Below, piece after piece: positions 21,874 to 31,464 of a stretch of 64,000 nucleotides of DNA (the stretch's first letter is position 1; the number at the start of each line of letters is the position of its first letter). The DNA lies in the NCBI GenBank assembly GCA_026225055.1, contig JAMFSA010000248.1, positions 11,137 through 75,136 of the forward strand, read 5' to 3'. Under the pieces are notes generated by a model, which did not search any database, was not told where the DNA came from, and saw only the letters and a program-made list of their open reading frames with translations. This DNA comes from Mucilaginibacter xinganensis (lineage in GTDB: Bacteria > Bacteroidota > Bacteroidia > Sphingobacteriales > Sphingobacteriaceae). Both the position numbers and the translations under genes were made by a program.

Positions 21874-22473
21874 ATGGCGATCAAACCCCTATTTAATGAA
21901 GCCGGAATATTGCAAGAGATTGCTGCGGGGGATCAGCGTGCTTTCAGCAGTTTATTTGACCATTATCAGGGCTATGTTTTTGCCTTTGGCCTTAAACTGA
22001 CTTATTCCGAGGCTCTAGCTGAGGAAATAGTGCAGGATATCTTTTTAAAAATATGGTTTTGCAGGGAAAAGCTCGTGGAAATAGAATGTTTCGGCGCTTA
22101 CCTGAACCGATCAGTGCGCAACCATTCCTTTAATCTGCTCCGGCAGGCCGCCACCGAGATTAAGGTCAACCAGCACATAGGTTTATCCTTAACAGAGTTG
22201 GATAACAGCACCCAGCAAGATCTGGAATTCCGGGAAACCGCCCGCATCATTGATGAAGTCATCAATTTATTACCTGCCCAGCAGAAACTCGTTTATACCT
22301 TATGCCACCGGGATGGCCTGAAATATGAAGAGGCCGCGCAACAAATGAATATCTCTTCAGCAACTGTTCATTACCACATGAAACTGGCACTTACTACCAT
22401 CCGTGAACATTTTAAGAAAAATGCCCTCGGTTACCCCACACTTCTGTTACTCCTGCTCAGTAAAATTAAGTAA
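21874..22473 (+). CDS. ECF RNA polymerase sigma70 factor
   Basis: AEEIVQDIFLKIW, LPAQQKLVY, GLKYEEAA..MNIS..TV.YH. Directly upstream of fecR. Likely start MAIKPL at 21874. Confidence 0.92.
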   Translation: MAIKPLFNEAGILQEIAAGDQRAFSSLFDHYQGYVFAFGLKLTYSEALAEEIVQDIFLKIWFCREKLVEIECFGAYLNRSVRNHSFNLLRQAATEIKVNQHIGLSLTELDNSTQQDLEFRETARIIDEVINLLPAQQKLVYTLCHRDGLKYEEAAQQMNISSATVHYHMKLALTTIREHFKKNALGYPTLLLLLLSKIK

Positions 22474-22600
22474 CTCATCATCAATACTTTAAGATTATAA
22501 AGCATTTTTCGGTTGAAGACGACTACCCGAACCTTTGAGTTCCGTGTCAATTATAGAAACCAAGGTTAATTAACCTGAAGCCAATTCTAAATTTTGATAT

Positions 22601-23788
22601 ATGAGTGAAACGAATTCCCGGGTTGCTGAACTGTTTCAAAAATACTTGTCCCATACCGCAACAGCAGAAGAAAGACTGGAGTTCCTGGATTATGTGGAAG
22701 ACCCTTTATATGCGGAGGAGATCAATACGCTGCTCGACGAAGCTTTCGGCAGTCAGGACAAGGCAGACGGTTTAAGCAAAAAAGCCAGGAACAGGATACT
22801 TAATCAAATCTTTGGCCGGGATGCCTTGGCCCGTCCCAAAAAGGTCTACGCCTTGTGGCCCCGGATTGCTGCTGCGGCCTCCATTCTTCTGTTTCTTTTT
22901 CTTGGCGGTCAATACTTTTTTAAAAAACCGGTAAAAATAGCAACGCAGGCAAAAAACAAATTGCAAATTATTGTTCCGGGTGGCAATAAGGCTATTCTTA
23001 CACTTTCGAATGGTAAAAAGATTGTTTTAAGCGCGGCAGGTAACAATCAATTCGGAAAACAGGGCAATAGCTCGGTCAGCAAAACGGCAAATGGACAATT
23101 GATATATACAGTATCAGCAGGTGTAGGCGCAAAATCAAATGACCTGGTTTATAATACTATAACCACCCCGGTAGGCGGACAATACCGGATAGTTCTCTCA
23201 GACGGCACCAAAGTATTTCTAAACGCCGCTTCGTCGCTGCGTTATCCGGTTGCTTTTAGCGGGAATGAACGAAAAGTTGAGCTCAAAGGGGAGGCCTATT
23301 TTGAAGTGGTGCACAATGGTGCAATTCCATTCAGGGTGGTGACCAACAACCAGGTAACTGAAGATATAGGCACCAAATTTAACATCAATGCCTATGGGGA
23401 GGACGCCCAAATTAAAACTACGCTGGTCGAAGGAGCTGTGAAAATTTCGACTCAAAAACATGACGTAGTGCTGAAACCCGGGCAACAGGCGCAAGTCACC
23501 AATAATGACATTAAACAGGCTATAAAAACAATACCGGACGCAAATGTCGAGGAAGCGATAGCGTGGACAAACGGCATGTTTGAATTTAATAATTCGGACA
23601 TAAAACAGGTAATGATCAGCGCTGCCCGCTGGTATGACTTTAAAGTCAACTATGAAAATGAAATTCCGAATCTGAAGATCACCGGTACCATATCAAGGAA
23701 TGTGAATTTCTCAGGTTTAATCGATCTTTTAAAATTTGAGGGCATTAGATTCAAAATTCAAGGAAAAATCGTGACAATATTAAATTAA
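22601..23788 (+). CDS. FecR family anti-sigma factor
   Basis: TM segment RIAAAASILL, LSDGTKVFLNAASSLRYP, RKVELKGEAYFEV, GTKFNINAY. Confidence 0.93.
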   Translation: MSETNSRVAELFQKYLSHTATAEERLEFLDYVEDPLYAEEINTLLDEAFGSQDKADGLSKKARNRILNQIFGRDALARPKKVYALWPRIAAAASILLFLFLGGQYFFKKPVKIATQAKNKLQIIVPGGNKAILTLSNGKKIVLSAAGNNQFGKQGNSSVSKTANGQLIYTVSAGVGAKSNDLVYNTITTPVGGQYRIVLSDGTKVFLNAASSLRYPVAFSGNERKVELKGEAYFEVVHNGAIPFRVVTNNQVTEDIGTKFNINAYGEDAQIKTTLVEGAVKISTQKHDVVLKPGQQAQVTNNDIKQAIKTIPDANVEEAIAWTNGMFEFNNSDIKQVMISAARWYDFKVNYENEIPNLKITGTISRNVNFSGLIDLLKFEGIRFKIQGKIVTILN

Positions 23789-23906
23789 AGTAGAACTGTG
23801 AGAAGATTTGCTTTACATGTTTTGAATAACCAATTAATTAAATAACCAAATTATTAACCTGTAAACTTTATGAGAAAAAAAATACCCATCAACCCTTAGC
23901 AGCCGC

Positions 23907-24015
23907 GTAGCCCAGAGTGCCTTTGCCAACAAGTAAATCTTGCTGGCATAAACAGGCCAGTATAAAAAAACCGGTATGTGTTTGAGCCACGCACCGGTTA
24001 TATGTCCTGGGCTAC
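23907..24015 (+). promoter_or_regulatory. Structured fecR-susC intergenic leader
   Basis: gtagcccag (23907-15) pairs with ctgggctac (24007-15) and encloses aaccggt (23969-75)/accggtt (23993-99). Confidence 0.45.
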
Positions 24016-24073
24016 CAAAACATCAGTATTGACGAATTGAACTTAACCGTTTAACCCAAAACTTAACAAAAGT

Positions 24074-27000
24074 ATGAAATTTAAATTAAAGCCTAGGGCT
24101 ATAAGCCCTGGTATGGCTAAAATCTTGCTGGCTATGAAGCTAATTGCCGTCATTTTATTTTTAGGACTGACGCAGGTACACGCCGGCGGATATGCCCAAA
24201 CGATATCCATTCACGAAAAGGATGTTGCCGTCGAAAAAATATTAAAGCTAATTCGCAAGCAAACGTCGTATCATTTCATATACGACAGCAAGCTCGCAAT
24301 TCTAAAAACCCATACGGTAACGATCAACGCCGACCATGCCACGGTAAAGAGTATTCTTGATCAATGCCTTTCCGATCTGCCGGTAAGCTACACCATCATT
24401 CAGCAAACTATCGCGGTGAAAAGTAATGAAGAGATAAAAACTGCTAAGGCTGTTCAGGCGGTTACGCTAAAGGGACAGGTGACCGACGAAAACGGCAAGC
24501 CGCTCCCGGGTGTCAGTGTAAAGTTGAAAGGATCAACCCTGGGCGTTGCTACTGATAACTCCGGAAACTTCTCGCTCACGGTACCCGGGCCTGACGGCAC
24601 ACTTATTTTCAGTTTTATAAGTTATGAGACTCAGGAAATCAGTATAAGTGGCACTTTAACCATCAATGTTAAACTTAAACCTTCGGAAAACAAGTTAAAT
24701 GATGTAGTAGTTGTGGGATACGGAACGCAATCCAGAGCCAAAGTTTCCGGTGCAATTACTACGGTAAGCAGCAAGGATGTTGCTTTAAGCCCTTCGCCTA
24801 ATCTCGCAGATGGCATATCCGGCCGTATTCCCGGTGTAGTGATCAATGATCGTGGCGGTGAAGCTGGCAATGACGGCATTTCTATCAACATTCGTGGTGT
24901 GAGCACTAACGGTAATTCATCTCCGCTGTATGTTATCGACGGTATCGTACGTGATTACGGAGACTTGAGTTTTATCCCGCCTGCGGATGTGGAGTCGATT
25001 ACAATATTGAAAGATGCCTCGGCTGCCATCTATGGCTCCCGTGCTGCAAACGGCGTCATTTTGGTAACGACGAAACGTGGCAAATTGGGCAAACCAACAA
25101 TAAATGCAACCTATAACCAGGCATGGGTTCAGCCTGAGCGGGTACCTAAGATGGCTGATGCAGCTACTTATGCGCAGATGTCGAACGCAGAAGACCAAAT
25201 AGAAGGCTTGCCCGTTTCCTACAGCGCAAATGATATCGCTTTATTTAAGAATGGCAAAGATCAGCTTAACCATCCGAATACCGACTGGCCAAATCTGGTA
25301 ATTGCGAAATGGGAAGAACAGGAAAGAGCAGACGTTAGTCTGAGTGGGGGTTCTGAAGGTGTCAAGTATTATATAGGCACCGGTTACCTGCATGACGGCT
25401 CGCCATGGGTTGATGGGTTTACATACGACAAACAGTATCATTTAATTTCAAATATTGATGCACAGGTAACGAAGGACCTGAAAGTATCTTTAGGTATTAC
25501 CGGGAGGGTACGTGATAATGTTGAAAGCAATATGGACTGGGGTAACCTAATGTTAAGCCTTCCCACGCTTAATGCTATCTATCCTAATGGTTTGGTTGGC
25601 CCGGGCCGCACCGGCAACAATGCCGTGTTAATGTCGAGGGATCCGGATTATGGTTATCAGAACCAAACCGCCGGAAATTTCACCAGCACGCTATCTGCTG
25701 AATATAAGATTCCCGGTGTAGATGGGCTGGCGCTGTCAGGTAACTTTGCTTATGACTACGACAATAATTACCTAAAAAACTGGTCTGGTGTTACCTATTA
25801 TTATCAATTAGACCCAACAACCGGTCAGTACAATAAAATCATCAACTCAAATGCAGCAGCGCCATTTTTGTCAGTAAATTTTCCTGCCGGAAGTTCGGTT
25901 ACTTCTAACGTTAAATTGTCTTATACCCATATTTTCAACCAGCTGCATGCGGTTGATGCCTTCATCGGATATGAGCAGAATACAACCAGCGGTTATGATA
26001 TTACCGCGAGCAGGTCAAATTATGCCAGCGGCGCTATCCCTGAACTTTTTGCCGGTGATTCAAATACCGCAAATCAGAGTAATAACGGTTCCTCATCCCG
26101 CACAGGGCGTGAAAATATATTTGGCCGCGCGTTATACACCTACAATGATAAATACAATGCCCAATTCCAGTTCAGGTACGATGGTTCTGATAACTTTGCC
26201 CCCGGCAAAAGGTGGGGCTTTTTCCCCGGCGTGTCAGGCAACTGGATCATCTCGAAAGAGAATTTCATGCAGGATGTTAAATGGATTAAAAACCTGAAAT
26301 TAAGAGCATCATGGGGCGAAATGGGTAATGATAATGTTGGCGCTTACCAGTATCTTACTGCATATACCTATGGCAATAACTATTCGTTCAACGCGACTCC
26401 AAACCAGGGCCTGGTACAAAGCAGTACGCCTAATCCAAATATAACCTGGGAGGTTGCGAAAACTACGGATATAGGTTTGGATGCTCAACTGTTTAATGGA
26501 GGACTTACAGCTACGATTGATGTTTTTAAAACCGTACGCACCAACATACTTGCACTGCCAAGTGCTTCTGTGCCTGCTTACACGGGGCTGTCACTTCCTG
26601 ATGAAAACATCGGTTCTGTCAGGAATCAGGGTATTGAACTTGATCTTTCTACTACACATACTATTGGCGGGTTACGATTCACGGTTGAAGGCAACATGAC
26701 TTATGCCAAAAACACCGTGATCAACGTGGACGAAACACCAGGCATACCATCTTATCAACGCCAGACAGGAAGTTCACTGGGAACTCCCGTATTATATGAA
26801 TCAACAGGCATTTTTAAAAGCCAGGCACAAATTAATTCTACACCGCATTTGACCGGGGTAGAGCCTGGCGATCTTATTTTCAAAGATGTCAACGGTGATG
26901 GCCTGATCAATAATCTGGATCAGGTTAGACAACCTTACGGTTCAATGCCTGAAGTTGTTTATGGTGCGAATTTTACTTTTCAGTACAAAGGTTTTGATCT

Positions 27001-27421
27001 GATATTGGGTTTCCAGGGCCAGACGGATGTTTATGGGACAAAATTTAGTTTCATACCATTTGACCCACTCGGGTGGGGAAATTTCCCAACCGCTGAGGCA
27101 ACTAATGCCTGGACACCATCTAATCCCAATGGTACCAATCCTTCCCCGCACCAAAGCTTCGGTATTCCATATTCGTCAACCTGGTCTTACGCGAGCATGG
27201 CATTTTTAAAATTAAAAACTGCCGAATTTGGCTATACTTTCTCAAGCCAGTTCCTTAACAAGGCCGGTTTCAAAAGCGCAAAAGTATTTGTGAGTGGTTC
27301 GAACCTGTTTTTCCTTCATGATAACTTCGGCGATGTCGGCATAGACCCTGAAGCGACAAATGCGGGTTGGGGAATGGATCAACTACGTGTAATTAACCTG
27401 GGTATAAACTTTACTTTATAA
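24074..27421 (+). CDS. susC: SusC/RagA TonB-dependent transporter with N-terminal signalling extension
   Basis: STN-like N-terminus, carboxypeptidase-regulatory-like domain, VVVVGYG, LKDASAAIYGSRAANGVILVTTKRG, C-terminal GINFTL. Confidence 0.95.
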   Translation: MKFKLKPRAISPGMAKILLAMKLIAVILFLGLTQVHAGGYAQTISIHEKDVAVEKILKLIRKQTSYHFIYDSKLAILKTHTVTINADHATVKSILDQCLSDLPVSYTIIQQTIAVKSNEEIKTAKAVQAVTLKGQVTDENGKPLPGVSVKLKGSTLGVATDNSGNFSLTVPGPDGTLIFSFISYETQEISISGTLTINVKLKPSENKLNDVVVVGYGTQSRAKVSGAITTVSSKDVALSPSPNLADGISGRIPGVVINDRGGEAGNDGISINIRGVSTNGNSSPLYVIDGIVRDYGDLSFIPPADVESITILKDASAAIYGSRAANGVILVTTKRGKLGKPTINATYNQAWVQPERVPKMADAATYAQMSNAEDQIEGLPVSYSANDIALFKNGKDQLNHPNTDWPNLVIAKWEEQERADVSLSGGSEGVKYYIGTGYLHDGSPWVDGFTYDKQYHLISNIDAQVTKDLKVSLGITGRVRDNVESNMDWGNLMLSLPTLNAIYPNGLVGPGRTGNNAVLMSRDPDYGYQNQTAGNFTSTLSAEYKIPGVDGLALSGNFAYDYDNNYLKNWSGVTYYYQLDPTTGQYNKIINSNAAAPFLSVNFPAGSSVTSNVKLSYTHIFNQLHAVDAFIGYEQNTTSGYDITASRSNYASGAIPELFAGDSNTANQSNNGSSSRTGRENIFGRALYTYNDKYNAQFQFRYDGSDNFAPGKRWGFFPGVSGNWIISKENFMQDVKWIKNLKLRASWGEMGNDNVGAYQYLTAYTYGNNYSFNATPNQGLVQSSTPNPNITWEVAKTTDIGLDAQLFNGGLTATIDVFKTVRTNILALPSASVPAYTGLSLPDENIGSVRNQGIELDLSTTHTIGGLRFTVEGNMTYAKNTVINVDETPGIPSYQRQTGSSLGTPVLYESTGIFKSQAQINSTPHLTGVEPGDLIFKDVNGDGLINNLDQVRQPYGSMPEVVYGANFTFQYKGFDLILGFQGQTDVYGTKFSFIPFDPLGWGNFPTAEATNAWTPSNPNGTNPSPHQSFGIPYSSTWSYASMAFLKLKTAEFGYTFSSQFLNKAGFKSAKVFVSGSNLFFLHDNFGDVGIDPEATNAGWGMDQLRVINLGINFTL

Positions 27422-27430
27422 TCATAAATC

Positions 27431-29053
27431 ATGAAATATAAATATATACTTCTCTCCATGACCTTATTGTTATTGGGAGCTTGCAAAAAAAACATCCTGG
27501 ATATTACACCAACTGACAGGATAACTTCGACAAATGTGTGGAGCGATCCGTCTTTACCGCAATTATTCGTAAATGCACAGTACAATGCCATACAAGATGG
27601 ATTTAATCTCGGTAATTTCCCTAATGCCCAATATTTTGATGGACTAACTTTTGTTGGTTCAGACTTGGGTGCATATCAAGCTACAATTGGAAAAGATGCA
27701 CTTACACCCGATAATGTTAGCGGTATATCGACAGAGTTTTATTACTGGAATACCGGATATGCTGCAATAAATAATTTTAATACTTTTTTTGCAAACATTG
27801 ATAATGTACCGGTAAGCGCGGCGGCAAAAACCCAGTTGACAGCGGAGATAAGGTTCATTCGGGCTTTCGTTTATGCTAAGCTGATCTGGCTTTATGGTGG
27901 TGTGCCAATTATTGATAAATCATTTACGTTAAATGAAACACTTACCGGTGTAAAGAGAAATACTTATGACGAATGTGTTGCTTACATTATTGCTGACCTG
28001 GATTATGCCATAGCAAATCTACCGGCACAACAAACGGGCGCTAATTTGGGCAGAGCTTCTAGTGATGCTGCGACCGCACTAAAAGCACGCGTCCTTTTAT
28101 ATTATGCCAGTCCGTTAAACAACCCGACGAATGACAAAACAAGGTGGCAGAATGCTTCTGATGCTGCCCTTGCTGTGATCAATACCAACAGATATTCACT
28201 TGCCACTGATTATCATGGGGTATTTATTGGCGGAGCTAATAACGAGATCATTTTTGCCAAATATTTCTCCACAGCTGATGGATTGCGTTATGGTGTAGAT
28301 TGCGGTCCTGAAGGCAGTGGCGGTGAAGCGCAGGAAGCCCCTACGCAGAACCTGGTTGATGCTTATGAAATGACCAACGGCGTAATTCCAGTGATCAACG
28401 GCGTTGTTAACCCTGATCCGAACAACACCTACGACCCTAAAAACCCTTATGTGAACAGGGATCCAAGGTTTTACGCTTCGGTACTTTACAATGGTGCAAG
28501 TTTTGACGGCCGGACATTTGAGCCTTATAAGGGCGGTGCAGATTTTGGCGGTAACAATTCGACCCTTACGGGATATGGGATGCTGAAATTTATTGACCCA
28601 ACGCAACCAATATCAGGATCTATTAACTATACGACTCCCTGGATATTCTTCCGTTTGAGCGAGATGTACCTGGATTATGCGGAAGCCCAGTATAACCTTG
28701 GTAACGAGGATAATGCGCGTACCTATATAAACAAGATCAGGGCCAGGGTTAAGATGCCACCAATCACCGAAACAGGTACAGCACTTGGTAGCCGTATAAA
28801 CCACGAACGCTATGTTGAAATGGCCTTTGAAAACCAGTGGTATTATGACGAAAGAAGGTTAAAAATTGCGCCAACACTGGAATCACAGCCTATTCAAGGA
28901 TTCATTGTTACAAATAACGGCAATAACAATTTTACTTACACGAGGGTAAATGTCCTGAATCGGGTGTGGAGTGATAAACTATATTTATTACCGATAACAA
29001 CCCAGGAAATTCGCTCGAGCGGTGGAAGCCTGACTCAAGCACCCGGCTATTAA
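27431..29053 (+). CDS. susD: SusD/RagB nutrient-binding lipoprotein
   Basis: Lipobox LGAC, EIRFIRAFVY, RDPRFYAS, RLSEMYLDYAEA, ERYVEMAFEN, QAPGY end. Confidence 0.95.
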   Translation: MKYKYILLSMTLLLLGACKKNILDITPTDRITSTNVWSDPSLPQLFVNAQYNAIQDGFNLGNFPNAQYFDGLTFVGSDLGAYQATIGKDALTPDNVSGISTEFYYWNTGYAAINNFNTFFANIDNVPVSAAAKTQLTAEIRFIRAFVYAKLIWLYGGVPIIDKSFTLNETLTGVKRNTYDECVAYIIADLDYAIANLPAQQTGANLGRASSDAATALKARVLLYYASPLNNPTNDKTRWQNASDAALAVINTNRYSLATDYHGVFIGGANNEIIFAKYFSTADGLRYGVDCGPEGSGGEAQEAPTQNLVDAYEMTNGVIPVINGVVNPDPNNTYDPKNPYVNRDPRFYASVLYNGASFDGRTFEPYKGGADFGGNNSTLTGYGMLKFIDPTQPISGSINYTTPWIFFRLSEMYLDYAEAQYNLGNEDNARTYINKIRARVKMPPITETGTALGSRINHERYVEMAFENQWYYDERRLKIAPTLESQPIQGFIVTNNGNNNFTYTRVNVLNRVWSDKLYLLPITTQEIRSSGGSLTQAPGY

Positions 29054-29077
29054 AGCTGTTGTTTAATTAAATTGTGC

Positions 29078-29146
29078 TATGGCAATAACTCACCAACTGA
29101 TTTATACGCAGTTGGTGAGTATGCTTAATTTATTGTACCTGCCATA
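29078..29146 (+). terminator. Nested stem-loop after susD (attenuator or stability element)
   Basis: Perfect 12-bp stem actcaccaactg (29088-99)/cagttggtgagt (29109-20) inside tatggca/tgccata. Confidence 0.55.
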
Positions 29147-29220
29147 AATTAAACACAAAGACCCCGGAAATGAATGGGTTACTATAAATGGAATATTTAA
29201 TATTCTAAATTAAATTAATT

Positions 29221-31374
29221 ATGTATTTCAGTACCTTAAAAAATTACTTCTCTTATTTTACTGTTAAAGCGGCAAAATATTTTATCTTTTCACTGCTGTC
29301 AACCGCCCTTTTTAATTTGACAGTATACGGGCAGTCCAATGTCAAAATTAACCGCAGAGCATTAGTAACCCGTCATAACATCAGTATCACCGACCGCAAT
29401 TTAGACGGACCGGCGCAAGTGGGTAACGGTCATTTTGCTTTCGGCTTTGACATTACCGGGCTGCAGACATTTTCCCATAATGCCAACACGATGTCTGACT
29501 GGGGATGGCATACTTTTCCGGAGCCTGACGGGCAAACAGCAGCCGATTTTAAGGGGCAGCAATGGGACACACAGGGAAGAATGGTAAGGTACGATATTCA
29601 AAACCCGCAGCAGCGGGTGCTTACGGATTGGATGATCGCAAACCCCCAACGGCTTAACCTGGGGCGTTTTGGGTTTATCTTAAAGAAAAAAGACGGTTCG
29701 GTGGTTCCGCTGAACGACTTACAAAACCCGTTGCAGAAGGTGGATTTGTGGACAGGTATTGCCACCAGTTCGTTTGAAGTTGACGGCAAGCCGGTGAAAG
29801 TAACCACCGTTTGTCATCCGGGCCAGGACGCGATTGCGATACATGTAGAGGCTCCTGACCTGAATGACGGTCAGATCGGTTTCTTTATAGAATTTCCCTA
29901 TGCCACGCTTGTTCAGTTTGGCGATGGCGCTGATTGGAACAACCCCGATAAACACCAGACACAAGCAGAGCTGAAGAGCAATAGCGCGGTTTTTCACCGT
30001 ACGCTTGATGACACCAAATTTGATGTAAACTTAGCCTGGCAAAAAGGCGCAGTAATCAAAAATACAAAACCGCACCGGTACGAACTCATGCCGACCGATA
30101 AAAATCAGGTCGATATCGTATTGTCGTTTTCTAAAGTAGCCTTAAAAAAGCCGCTCCCGACCTTTAGCGAAACGGAAACTGCGAGCGCAACCCACTGGCC
30201 AAAATTCTGGAACAGCGGCGGTGCCATTGACCTTTCGGGCAGTAAAGATCCGAGATGGATGGAATTGGAGCGAAGGATTGTGCTTTCGCAATATGTAATG
30301 GCAGTTAACGAAGCTGGTTCAACCCCTCCACAGGAAAGCGGCCTGGTTAATAATGGCTGGTTTGGCAAATATCATTTTGAAATGATCTGGTGGCATGAAG
30401 CGCATTATGCGCTTTGGGGACGGTTGCCGCTCATGGACAGAAGTATGGGCGTTTATGCGTCGAATTTAAAGACTTCTGAACAAAGAGCTAAGAGCCAAGG
30501 CTATGAGGGGGCCCGCTGGCCTAAAACCGTTGGCGACCATGAGCATTGGGAATGGCCTAATGAAATCAATCCGCTGCTTATCTGGCAGGAGCCGCATCCG
30601 ATATTCTTCGCCGAATTAGAATACCGTTCTCATCCAACCGCCGCAACACTAAAAAAATGGGGTGACATCGTGGAAAAGACAGCCGATTTTATGGCATCTT
30701 ATCCTTATTATAACAAGGAACAGGATAGGTACATTTTGGGCTATCCGCTACAGGTGGTATCCGAAAATGCCGACCCCCGCACCACTTACAACCCAACATT
30801 TGAGTTAAGCTACTGGCGCACCGGCTTAAGGCTAGCCCAGACATGGAGAACCCGCTTAAAATTACCTGCTAACCCAAAATACGCGGCGGTGCTTGCCAAG
30901 CTGTCAAAGCTGCCTGTTAAAGACGGCAGGTACACTTCATGGGAAAATCTTGACTCCATGTGGACCAAATACAATTTTGAACACCCGGCACTCACCGGGG
31001 CGTATGGTTTATTGCCCGGAGATGGTGTGGACATCCCAACAATGGAACGGACATTTACCAAGGTTGGTGAAACCTGGCGGTTTAATCGTACCTGGGGTTG
31101 GGATTTTCCTATGCTGGCCATGTGCGCGGCAAGACTGGGACATGGCGATAAAGCCATCGAATACTTGTTAGACTACCCGAGTTTCAAGATAGATGAACAT
31201 GGTTTGGTAGGTGGCGGTGGTCCTTTTCCCTACTTCCCCGGAAACGGTGGTCTGTTGTACGCCGTGGCGATGATGGCGGCAGGGTGGGACGGGGCCCCGC
31301 ATCAAAATGCGCCCGGTTTTCCAAAAGACGGGCAATGGGTGGTCAAATGGGAGGGGCTTAAACGCGCGCTGTAA
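29221..31374 (+). CDS. Secreted six-hairpin glycosidase-like protein (GH65/GH95-like fold, family uncertain)
   Basis: Signal-peptide-like N-terminus, VGNGHFAF, GKYHFEMIWWH, GARWPK, WQEPHPI, TWGWDFP, YFPGNGGLL. Located inside the PUL. Confidence 0.6.
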   Translation: MYFSTLKNYFSYFTVKAAKYFIFSLLSTALFNLTVYGQSNVKINRRALVTRHNISITDRNLDGPAQVGNGHFAFGFDITGLQTFSHNANTMSDWGWHTFPEPDGQTAADFKGQQWDTQGRMVRYDIQNPQQRVLTDWMIANPQRLNLGRFGFILKKKDGSVVPLNDLQNPLQKVDLWTGIATSSFEVDGKPVKVTTVCHPGQDAIAIHVEAPDLNDGQIGFFIEFPYATLVQFGDGADWNNPDKHQTQAELKSNSAVFHRTLDDTKFDVNLAWQKGAVIKNTKPHRYELMPTDKNQVDIVLSFSKVALKKPLPTFSETETASATHWPKFWNSGGAIDLSGSKDPRWMELERRIVLSQYVMAVNEAGSTPPQESGLVNNGWFGKYHFEMIWWHEAHYALWGRLPLMDRSMGVYASNLKTSEQRAKSQGYEGARWPKTVGDHEHWEWPNEINPLLIWQEPHPIFFAELEYRSHPTAATLKKWGDIVEKTADFMASYPYYNKEQDRYILGYPLQVVSENADPRTTYNPTFELSYWRTGLRLAQTWRTRLKLPANPKYAAVLAKLSKLPVKDGRYTSWENLDSMWTKYNFEHPALTGAYGLLPGDGVDIPTMERTFTKVGETWRFNRTWGWDFPMLAMCAARLGHGDKAIEYLLDYPSFKIDEHGLVGGGGPFPYFPGNGGLLYAVAMMAAGWDGAPHQNAPGFPKDGQWVVKWEGLKRAL

Positions 31375-31464
31375 AATCCATATCATTTATGCCTCTACAG
31401 CTGCAATATCAATCCGACCAGCAGATGTTGATGGCCATTTATTTAACATGAATTAAAAACTAAA

